A DNA stretch of 64,000 nt from Phoronis australis (taxonomy: Eukaryota > Animalia > Phoronida), in assembly GCA_002633005.1 (NCBI GenBank), contig NMRA01000235.1:48127-112126 (forward strand), read 5' to 3'. The notes under the pieces were generated by a model. The model made no database searches. It was given only the letters and a program-made list of their open reading frames with translations, and was not told where the DNA came from. A program made the translations under genes and the position numbers. Position 1 is the first letter of the stretch; the number at the start of each line of letters is the position of its first letter. Shown here in pieces: positions 52,276-63,469 of this stretch.

Positions 52276-55200
52276 AGTTGTAACACGCCACCACCTCTAG
52301 CGGTTTTAGAAAGAAATTGTTATAATCTTAGCAAGTTTTAAACTGAATTGTGTCATAGGCGGATTTAGGGGGGGGGGTTCTATGCGCATCTAGTGGTGCT
52401 TTGCGCAAATGTTTTCAGACAAAATGTTGCCCCCCCCCCCTTGTGATATCCTAGATCCTCCACTGTGTGTTATCGCGTTCTACAGGCTCCTCATGATCAC
52501 TTACTTGTGGACTTGAATCCTACACTACATTGAAGGACGTGTATGATGGATTCCGAGGAGTGGAGAACTGAAGGTTTCGGCACAGTTGTTTATACATGGT
52601 AGGTGAGCCAATGTTTGCGCGAGCAAGCGTATTTAAAAACCTAATTCAGTCTCGATGTATTACAAGTTAGGAAAAGATAACACTGAGGACCTGATGAATC
52701 CATTAGATTCCTCTCAACGAGTGACATACTCAATGTTAACTCCACTTGATATATAGACAACGTGCACGCAAAGCAATTTCAAAATTAAGTTGGCGGTTGT
52801 GGTTGTTGAGTTTATTATTACAAAAAGCCGCCATGAATAGAAAAAGTCCGGCTATGTACACGAATTTGAAAGCTTGTTTCTGCAGAGACTGTGAGAGTGA
52901 ACTCAAAGGTGCAAGTTTGATTTCAGTTCAAGCACAACTGAAATGCTTATTAGTAAGAGAATAAGTCCTGTAGTGATTGTTGTGAAACCTGTACAAAGAT
53001 CCATGATGTATTTTGAAATGAACGGAAAGTGCGATAGGGCAGGTTGCCAAAACTTCAGTGAATAATCAGAGTGCCTTGGTATTTAACCGAATCGCCTAAA
53101 CAGTTAATTTTATATTTAAAAATATTGTTTGCACGGGAAATTCAATTTTCTTTATACACATGGACTGTATGTGTGCGATTATGTCGTACGAAAACTAATT
53201 AACCAGGCGAATACTGCAAAGGCCGAAATGCGAACGTGGCTTTATGTATACAAGAATGTCTGACTGAAATTACAAAAAATTAATTGTATCAAATGAGCTT
53301 GCATTGGACACCATGTTATTTTTCGTTAGTGTATTTTGAAACGTCAGGAAATTCCGCTGTACTCGTTGAAATAAGTTGTTCTAATATGGCATTTATCATT
53401 TTTGTTGTCTTTTTTCACATCTCTTATTTTATCTGTCGACAAAGGTTGATGAAATTTTGGCAAATGTACATCATGCCCCTCCCCAAAGGGTGCAGTGAAG
53501 TCCAAGTCACCCTTGTTCTTGTCTTCTCACGGGTTAAGGAGATGCAACATGACATGTCAAAAATACGTAAATGTTTTTTTTTTATTTTGAATAAAATGTT
53601 TATTAATTTAAAAATATGCATAAAATGGGCTTTCGTGAAAACCCAAAAATATTACCTCGACGAATCATGAAAACCATATCGGTTGATACTTTGTCTCATC
53701 TTAGTAACAGCATGTAAATTCTGCAAAATTATAGTAGTGTTGAAGGATCGAATATTGAAATAAATGAATGATAAACCACAGTGACTGTTGGGCAATTCCA
53801 TTTGTGACGGACGTACATATACAATCAGGGAACATTTTGATCAACTGTGGAAAAAATGTATGTTTATCCTAGGAAAATGATTAATACATTAATTGATAGG
53901 TCTCATTGATAGCTTTCAAAGCAACTTTTCCCTACCTTTTAATCTGACTGAGAAAATTGCCTTTAAAAGGGGTGTGATGGACGTACGCAGAGAATTTGAA
54001 TTTTCAAAAAAAAAATTTTAACGTTAATTTTCTGTGAGTTGCATAAAGTTAAATGTTTTTGTTTTGCATGATGATTTAGTGGAATGTTTGTTTAAAGTAC
54101 AACACGGTAATTTTTTGATATCTTCTAAGAAATTTTTGTCAGACAACTCGATATAAGTAGAGATAGTGTGATAGAAGTATGTGACGGACGTACGATCTGA
54201 ATTTCTAGTATAAATTGTTTGTTGTGACTAAAATATCAATTCAGAATGATTCATACTTTTGCAGTATTCAAACTATTATTTATCTTTTGCTAATAATTCA
54301 ATGTTTTTAATTAAAATGTACAGATTGACCTTTTGCACGAATCCATCACAGGTAGGCCTATGCTAGGAATATACTCCAGGATTTTAACTTTTCAATACAT
54401 TTGAATAAAGATATCAAACAACCCCCTAAAATCTTCACTTCCCTTTGCAGACAGTAAGTAATATAGATAGGAATGAGAGTCATGATCATTTTGTATTTGA
54501 CAGCTATTATTTATCAGGGAAACATGTTTCTATGCGTTAAATAGAATACTAATTCAAAACCAATAAGTAAATGTGACTGTCAAAATATAAAATGTGAAAT
54601 AAAGTTTTAAAAAATCACAAACCACTGTCATGGAAACGCATTTTATTTAATTGCTTTTTAACATAGAACTCGTCCTAAGCCTGTACAAAATTATTCCCTG
54701 GACCATGCAATTGGTGGTTCTGATGCATGCCCATGTAAGTAATACTATGGTGATGTTTTAAAAGTATTAGTAATAGGTCTTCAGTATCCTCTTAAAACAA
54801 CGTGTGAAGCATGATTTAGTTGACAGCATCGACTTTCGGTATTCATATTTCGATTCAAATCACCTGTGCTGTCTTCCAGTGTGAAAACAAGACATTTTAA
54901 ATTAAATTAATTGCATTTAGGATTTTAATTCAGGAATATGTAGAACTAATTTATAAGATGCTGGTTTCTATTTAGTGTTTAGCATGATTAGGTTTTCATC
55001 CAGCTCTTTAACTCATACCTTCTTTCCAAATTTAAAGAGAGGCTTTAAATAATGTCACATCACAATACGCGCAAGTACAATTAAGAAGTTCTTGATCCAC
55101 AATGGCTTTTTTTCGAGTTTCAGAGAAATTATTGCGACAGATATTTATTCTTCTCCTAGTTGCATCTGTTCTTCCCGTGGTCTCCAAGAATTTCCTCTAT

Positions 55201-55673
55201 CGTTTCTAAACGCCGGTTTAATCTCCTCAAAGCTCAGCAGAAAAAACTTAGTCTAATTTTTTTTAAAAATTGAGGGATCAAAAATATGTAAGATGAGACA
55301 ATGTAATTATTTGCTATGAAATCATTTCATACAAGCTACCCACTGACCCAATACACTGAAAAACGCAAAAAGAGTGACTACAGTCAGTGAGGGTGTGGCA
55401 AAAATGCCCAATAAAGGCGGTGACAGGTTTTTACCGGTTAAATACGCCCAGTATAGGTTTTTTCAACACAAAACACAGAGCAGCAAGTCAGAGCACACTC
55501 TCCCTTTGCCATGGCGTTGGTCGCCAGTAAGCAGTTAGTAATACCATTTAAAGAAGTTTCCCTGAACATTTTCATTTAATTTTCTTGGGCTAACACGCTA
55601 TATTTCTGCTCCATAGGGTGTTATCATTGGGACAAACAATTTAAAGGTTATCAATGTGTTTCTCCATCTGTAG

Positions 55674-58600
55674 GCCCTGTGTCCACCCCGATTTGTGTCA
55701 TCTGACGAAACCAGACGTGATGAAAACTAAATGGGCAGCAACTTTGCAGGGGGAAGAAATCTTGGAGAGCAACGAGAGTTTGGAATTCTTCTCAGGAGTT
55801 AAGGCACATCAAAAGGACTCTGCGACGATAGAGAAGTTTGAGAAGGTCCAGTCAGCAACACTATGCAATTTTGGTTTAAGTGATGATCAAACTCCATTAG
55901 GACTGGCGTCTTGCCGAAACGTTGTTCATCTTGACTTGTCGTCAAACAATCTGACAACAATTCCGGATGTGACATTCTCACTTTTGAAGCTGAAGATTGT
56001 TAATTTCAGCTCCAATAGAATTCAACACATCCCCAGCAATATTAAGTTATTAACGCACCTGGAAAAGGTAAATTTAAGTTTCAATAACATAAGTGAGCTG
56101 TCACCGGTTACGGCATGTACAAATCTACAGATGTTATGGATAGCTGGGAATAGGTTAAGTGATATTCCAACTGACATGAGAAATTTAAATGAACTGAAGG
56201 AGCTTCATTTGTCTCGCAATGTGATAACTAACATTACTCCTGTTGTTGAATGTGCAAAACTGCAAATATTAAATGTGAGGTACAACCAGTTAGAGGCCGT
56301 TCCTCGGGGGTTAGTCAAGTTAGGTGAACTGAAGGAGCTTGATTTGTCCTACAATAAGATAACTGACATTTCACCTGTTGTTGAATGTGTGAAACTGCGA
56401 TTATTAGAAGTGTGTTTCAACCAGTTGAAGGCCCTTCCTGCGGGGTTAGTCAAGTTAGGTGAACTGAAGGAGCTTGATTTGTCTGGAAATAGGATAACTG
56501 ACTGTACACTTGTAGTTGAATGTGCAAAACTGCAGAAATTAAATTTGGAGCACAACCACTTAGTGGCCCTTCCTGCGGAGTTAGTCAAGTTAGGTGAACT
56601 GAAGACGCTTGATTTGTCCTACAATAACTATTTTACGCTCAGTATAAGTACGGAGATAAGCCACCCGCCAGGGCTCATTATGACAAGTGTCAGGATGAGA
56701 CTTTCGTCTTTTAGGGAGATATCTGACATGAGGATTACACCTGTTGTTGAATGTGTGAAACTGCAAATACTTAAGGTGTGTGGCAACAATATAGTGGCCC
56801 TTCCTGCGGGATTAGCCAAGTTAGGTGAACTGAAGGTGCTTGATTTGTCTAAGAACAAGATAACTGACATTACACCTGTTGTTGCCTGTGCAAAACTGCA
56901 GATATTAAAGGTGACACGGAACCAGTTAAAGGCCCTTCCTGCGGGGTTAGTTAAGTTAGGTGAACTGAAGGAGCTTGATTTGTCTGAGAACAACATAACT
57001 GACATTACACCTGTTGTTGAATGTGCAAGACTGCAGATATTAAAGGTGACAAACAACCAGTTAGTGGGCCTTCCTGCGGGGTTAGTTAAGTTAAGTGAAC
57101 TGAAGGAGCTTGATTTGTTTTACAATCAGATAACTGACATTACACCTGTTGTTGCCTGTGCAAGACTGCAGATATTAAAGGTGACACGGAACCAGTTAAA
57201 GGCCCTTCCTGCGGGGTTAGTTAAGTTAGGTGAACTGAAGGAGCTTGATTTGTCTGAGAACAAGATAACTGACATTATATCTGTTGTTGGATGTACAAAG
57301 CTACAACATTTAGGGATGTCGAACAACAAGTTGGTGACAATTCCAACTGACATTAAGAAGTTAAGACAGCTGCAGTCTGTTGACCTGTCATTCAACGAGG
57401 TTGAAGACTTAAATGGTCTTTGTGAATGCACTAATCTAGTGAAGTTAAGGTGCTCATATAACAAGTTATCTAGATTACCTGAAGGGATTACACAGCTTTC
57501 CAAACTGAAGTTTCTCGACATCCAGCATAATGAGATAAACCAACTTCCACTATACTTTGATCGATGTGATTCTCTGAAGTTTATAGAGTACATTGGTAAC
57601 AAATTAACAAGACCACCACTCGAAGTTTGCTACGGTGGGCCAAAGCAAATATTCCAATACTTCAAAGACCTCCGAGCGACTGAATGTACCCTTCGCAAAC
57701 AACAGGTGGTGCTGTTGGGTGAAACTAGCGCTGGAAAAACTAGTCTGGCATTGACGTTAATGAATGGAAGGTCTTCTTTGACTGATCACAGCGATCGCAC
57801 TCAGGTGTTACAGAAATACACCTGGATCGTGAAAGATGCCTTAAAGTTGCTTATCACAGACTTCGGTGGTCATGAAGTGTATGAGTTGGCACACTCCGTC
57901 TTTTTGTGCTCTGAGGTTATTGCACTGCTGGCTGTTGACTTGCATCAGTATACGAGTGACAAGTACCATGACTTGGTCGGTCGTTGGGTGAATACAATGT
58001 TATTCACATCGCCAAAATCTACAGTGATGGTAGTTTGTACTCACAGCGACTGTTGCACCAAGGAGTTCATTGAAACATCATACCAAGACATTCTAGATCA
58101 GCTCAGAAATCAACAGACTAGATTAGCAGAATATGTAAAATCTCAGCTCAGAGACATTGAGGTGAAACTGCAGTCTGCCATTGGGGATGAACTTCAGAGT
58201 TACTCAAGAATTCTTGAAGAAACCCGTGCCGCAAAAAGGAAAGAGTTGGAGGATTTGCAGCAAGGTTTTGTTCAGCGTGAACACGTGTTTGTAGTAAGCT
58301 CTGGTGACACCATGAGTGGGATTTCTGAACTTCGTCATGCATTGATAACATGTTGCGAGCGAAAAGCCGTGACTCTTCCAGAATCGTGGCTATTGATAGA
58401 AGACCGAATGAATGAAAAGGATGTTAAGGACAAACTTTACCTATGGAAGGCTGAATTTTCCAGTATTGTGAACCGAAAGTTATCCAGTAGTGGCTTCCAA
58501 GCAGATCAGCCACATAAAACAGCTGAAGCCATCCTTTCCTATCAGCGTCGGTGTGGAGGTTTTCTTTGGTTCAAAGACGACAACAATCTAAAGCAATACA

Positions 58601-59440
58601 TCTTCCACAAGCCAGAAATGATCGTAGACTTTCTGAAGTCGATTTTCCATCATGACATGGACACGCTACTTGACTACTCCAACCCTGTGTTCGGAGCACG
58701 TTTTTCCAAAATTGTCTTCGAAAAGGAAAAAGAAAATTTGTTGCAACATGGTAAGATTTCGTCTAAACTTCTACGCTGCTTAGTGGAACGTTTTGTTCCA
58801 GACGAGGGCATGTTAAGAACCATGATCAATCTTTTGGTGAAATTTTTCCTTTGTTTCACTGTGTCGGAAAATGACGATGGTAGATGCCTGATGTTTCCTT
58901 GGTTTCTTAGAAATGACGAACCACCTGCTCTTAAGGTTGAAAAGTGGTTGCCTCCCTCACCTGATGAGTACCTTTATGAAGTGAAATTCATCTTTCCAGT
59001 ACAGTGCCCCACTGGTTTCTTCGAACGTGCTGTCGTCATATTACACCAACAGTTTGCCCAGTTTGAGGAATCGGCACAGGATGTCATTGTTTGGAAAAAC
59101 GGTGTCTACTTACACAAAGATGATGACAAGGCAATGCTAACCAGAAAACAGGAGGAAGGGCAAATTTTTGTTACATTGTCTGTAAGGGGTAATGAGGTCA
59201 CGACCGCGTGGCCACATTTTGAACGCGCCTACTATGACGTTGTTAACCTTTTGAAACAGTGGCCTGGTGCTTCCTGCAATATGCTGTACATGTGCTCTCA
59301 TTGTCTGATCAGCGGCCAAAAGGAACCCACATGTTTTACGGCTAACAAGTTGCTAGAGTCCAGGAGAAACCTTGGGAAGTATCTGCCGTGTAAGAACAGT
59401 AAAGACAAGAGGGTGCCAGTGGATGTGGTCATTCCAACAG
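55674..59440 (+). CDS. Large exon of an LRR-ROC-COR (Roco, MFHAS1-like) protein
   Basis: Open for 3.77 kb between a CTGTAG acceptor and an AG|GTATGT donor; first in-exon ATG at 55720. More than 20 LxxLxLxxN repeats; ROC GTPase motifs GETSAGKTS, DFGG, THSD; COR motifs LPESW, MFPWFL, PTGFFER, VWKNGV; C-terminal CSHC..C. Confidence 0.92.
56191..57366 (+). repeat. Coding tandem array: 8 units of 135 bp (two LRRs, 45 aa), one unit with a 96-bp in-frame insertion
   Basis: GAACTGAAG anchors at 56191, 56326, 56461, 56596, 56827, 56962, 57097 and 57232. Confidence 0.9.
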
Positions 59441-60234
59441 GTATGTTGTTTCTTTTCGCCAATCAACCATCCATACGCGACACGACTCACAGTCTAGATG
59501 GAAATAACAGAAAAAAGTGTTTATAGAATTTGCAATACTTTCAGAGATAAATCTGTTTGATCGCATGCCAGTATTTATGCAAAGTAAAACGACCAAATCG
59601 CTTTTTCATACACAAAATATAATATTTCACAGCGCAGTAGCTTCCGTTCCAGTAAGCTTCAGTGTACTGGATTGTGTTTACTGACTGTGAAACATATTTA
59701 TTATACATTCTGCGCTTCCCTTTACAACTAAACATACGATGTGGAGAAATCAATTGTATACCTTTCGAGACTGTTGGATTGTGCCATCACAATGCTTCTA
59801 GTCTTTATCACATAGGTTATCTTGGATGACCTGGCCGGAGAATATTCTTTGTATCGAAATCAAATTCGGAATTCTTTTTGATTATACCATCATTAACGCT
59901 CTAACTTCAACTCTGAGCTCGAAATTTCAATTTTATCGAATTACCGAGTTTTTTCTCAAAACAGTAGGGTCATCAAGTGCAAACTTGAACTATACATTCA
60001 CCAGCATAAACCATTACCTACTCGCACAGAGTATAAACGGACACTGATCTTGACTTCAAGTTCAAAGGTTACGACCCGAGCATTGACCTCTTTGATACTG
60101 AAAGTATTTTTACTCCAAGTGTTTAGTTTACTGTTGCACGTGTAATGTGCATACCACAGTACCTGTACATGTACTTTGTAACAACATTCTCGATTAAACC
60201 AACTAACCGTGTGGTTGTACATCCTAATTCTCAG

Positions 60235-60317
60235 GTGTGATTGATGCCCTGTCCGAATCCCCTCCACCAAAGAGACGTCGAGTTGTTGTGGATACGGTTG
60301 ACAGAGTCCATTCAGAG
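60235..60317 (+). CDS. Roco gene linker exon with classical NLS (PPPKRRRV)
   Basis: TTCTCAG acceptor and GTGAAT donor; phase-1 start matches the 59440 donor; this is the only open frame: GVIDALSESPPPKRRRVVVDTVDRVHSE. Confidence 0.65.
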
Positions 60318-60800
60318 GTGAATTGGAAACAGATTATTTTCGTTTTTCAACTAAATATATTTTCAAAGTGTTTCGCTGTAACATAAAAGTCTTTCAGTGC
60401 ACTTCTATTGCATTAAATGCATTATACCTTCGCAGTTAAGCTAATGTATACTGACACTATTTAAGCGATGTCCCAAGAGGTACAAAAGAGGGTTGTGAGG
60501 AGCTATCATTATCATATCGGGATAATAGTTTACATTCATTCGCAGGATCTGTAAAATTTTATAAAAATACGATTGTGGCCCGCAGTCATTACAACCGTGT
60601 TTATGATGGCCAATTTCGCGCCTTCACTAAGATAATCTCCCGAGATGATGCCGAATGGTTTCTTTGAAGATAGCAATGGGTTTGAAGGTAAGCGAGCCAA
60701 GCTACCAAAATTTGACTGGTGATGGTGTCAGAGTAAGACTCTATTCACGCTGGATTAAGTACTCACATGTCACGTCATTACCGATTTTTGTTGCTTACAG

Positions 60801-61020
60801 AAGATAGGCGCAACCAGGCCTCTACGCGATTCTGAAATACTGTGTCAGAGAAGCAAGGACACAGTATTCGAGCACTTGCACGAATCTTTGACGCAGGCAT
60901 TCAGGTCTGTAGCCAAGGTGACTTGGTCAAATGGTTTCACCGGTTCAGGTTTTCGAGTTGGCACTCATTATCTGATGACAAACTACCACGTGGTGCGTGA
61001 AGGCGCCGCCCTCGACGAAG
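60801..61020 (+). CDS. Exon with the N-terminal part of a FAM111-like trypsin-fold serine protease (catalytic His)
   Basis: CTTACAG acceptor, GTAAAC donor; SVAKVTWSNGFTGSGFRVGTHYLMTNYHVV. Confidence 0.8.
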
Positions 61021-63030
61021 GTAAACAATATAATAAGTGGCAAAGAAATATCTTAGACAAAGCAAAAACGTTGTCAGTTATGGGGCTTCGGCTGAGAAAG
61101 GTGTGACACGGCGTGTGAAACGGGTGGCTGAACTCCACCCACCCTGGGACGCATACATGTAGCAGGTTATAAAGAAACTAACATTCATACCTTTTTCTTC
61201 ATTTTCAAAAGAGGACAATCTTGCTACACAACCCATAATAATAGTAAAATAATAACGCTACTAGATTTAAAGATGTTATAATCATCAGCTTAACTAACTG
61301 AAATGAATTCTGACGTGATCCCACTCTGTAACACCTTTTGAAGGATCACAGCCGATGCTGCTCGCTTGGTCATACAACCGTCCAAATGTGTGGAATTCAA
61401 TGGTTCCTTGGTTGTACTCGTAGACGACAATTAATACTGACCACTGGCATAAGACTATTAATTTTTATAGCGCACTGCATACGTAAATGTTACACTTCCC
61501 GTTCCTACATGCGCGCACCCAGCCTTTAATATGGGGGGGGGCTCGAATCTCTGACAAAGTGGACCTTTTGCTAACAAAAAAGCGGGAGGGCTAAAAAACA
61601 CAGGGTACCACCTTCAGGTCTGTGAACTGTGCGTCTGCACCTTTTTAGTGACTTTTGTCTTGTTTTCTCGGACTTTTTATTTCTCTGAGGTGGACTTTTT
61701 TTACTCACTTCGCCAAATCGAGGGGCTCTTTCGAGCCCCCGAGCCCCCGCTGGATGCGCGCTTGTCCTCTAAACAACTGAACCCTTCAGCTTCAATAACA
61801 GGCCTTACTTCTCGTTTAGTCTCTCATGCAGATGTTGAGAACAGCATCTACTGTTCTGTTCTTCTGTGAATATGACTTTTAACACTAATAACACCCTCAA
61901 AGGAATTAGCATGATCATCCTTTTCGCGTAACTATACAGTAAATTACCTGCAGATCCCGGATTTGACAATGCTACCGGGGCCCGGTCTCTAATCTTTGTG
62001 CTCTACTATTATCATGTAATATTTACAATGAGGATATCCCCATCAGTTCACATTGCTTTCCATGGGGGCCCTCCGTAAAAACATAGAGACAGTAAGGCAA
62101 ACTAACAGGATTACAAAATGAAAGACAATATTTAAACAATCAGCATACTTTAAACGAACTCGGAATTGTTTTTGGTAATTTCTCTGCTCCGTTTGTGTGA
62201 ACACTAGATGAGTAGTTATCAGACGTTATAGTTTATGCATAGGAGTTTCTAGTTCAAGTTTGCACTTGAAGACCCTTATATTCGTACTACAAATTTGAGT
62301 AAAAACTCGAAATTTCGAGTTCAAACTCAATTTTTTAGCCTTAATATTGGGTTTATCAAATGAAAATTAGGACAAATAAATTATCTATGCACGTGTACAT
62401 GTACATAAGTCATTATGTTCGCACAAAAGTAGAGTAGAAAATGCCAAACACAATTTCGAGTTCCATTTAGGGTAAAGAAATTAGAGATTGAGCTCGTATT
62501 CTCACACGTCTGTCACAAAAATTGGCCACTCACCGTTATGGGTTTGTTCTCAAATTGTTCCGTCAAAATGGTTCTGATTCTTGGCTTAGAAAAGAACTGA
62601 CAGCTCATTAAAGCTTGAGACAACTCTCTGCAGATTGAGTTGTCCTGGTGTGTCATTTTATTCGCCAAGCACAAACTAGAGGAATACCAGTTACTGTCAG
62701 CTCTTTACACGACCAAAAAATCACTTCCCTTCTGAGTCAGGAACACGTTGACAAAAATGTAAGTTGTTTGAGTCAATCACTTTCCACGACTGCAAAACTT
62801 TCTCTTGAGGAACATTTAAACTCAGCAAGCGACATTTAGCCAATCAGCAAGCAGTGTCGCTAGATTTATACAGCTCTAATACAACTCCATTTGTTGTGAA
62901 ACTCCTCTATTCATAGGCCGCTTTTCTCCGAGACCAACCGGCCGCGGATTGGAAGATTAGTTTTTAACTCTTGGACAAAGATTTGAAGTACAGCGGTTAT
63001 TTCATTTTGTTGCTTGAAAATTGTTTGCAG

Positions 63031-63338
63031 AGAAAGAAGAAGAACGGCAAAGTACGCGATTATGCCTGTTCCACTATAGTAGACCCTACCAGCGCCATGA
63101 CGAATTACACATGAAATCATTCTATTTTGCCCCCGACCCTGTTAAAATCTATGACGAAGATCTGGATTACGCCGTTCTGGAGCTTCTCATTGAAGAAGGA
63201 AAAGAGTTACCCGAAGCTTTGAATAAGTTTACAAAGTTAGACAGACATAAAAAGATAACAATCGCCGGTCATCCTGAAGGTGAAGCCAAACGTGTGGACG
63301 CTACGTGCCCAATAGTACACGATCCCTCTGCAGGTCCA
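63031..63338 (+). CDS. Exon with the middle part of the FAM111-like protease (catalytic Asp); the Ser-containing exon is expected beyond the window
   Basis: TTTGCAG acceptor in phase 1 matching the 61020 donor; DEDLDYAVLEL and ITIAGHPEGEAK motifs; GTAAGT donor at 63339. Confidence 0.8.
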
Positions 63339-63469
63339 GTAAGTGAAACTACATGTACATCATATTGTTACTACAACAAATCTACGACTGGAGTCATGCT
63401 ATCGTTCTCCTGTTAGTTTATATTAATCACCTGTATCGTTACATCAGGAGATTTTAGTCACAGTTTCTA

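Noticed and set aside
53777-53783. CACAGTG as a RAG RSS heptamer or Transib end upstream of the variable LRR gene
   Set aside because: No nonamer at 12- or 23-bp spacing and no matching inverted terminus found; a single 7-mer is expected by chance.
56349-57602. Antisense ORFs over the LRR array
   Set aside because: Shadow frames of the repetitive sense CDS.
55654-59526. Single-exon 1290-aa protein as given in the ORF track
   Set aside because: Both ends overlap clear splice signals (acceptor at 55673, donor at 59441), so the N-terminal MCFSIC and C-terminal MLFLF...KKCL are probably intronic read-through.
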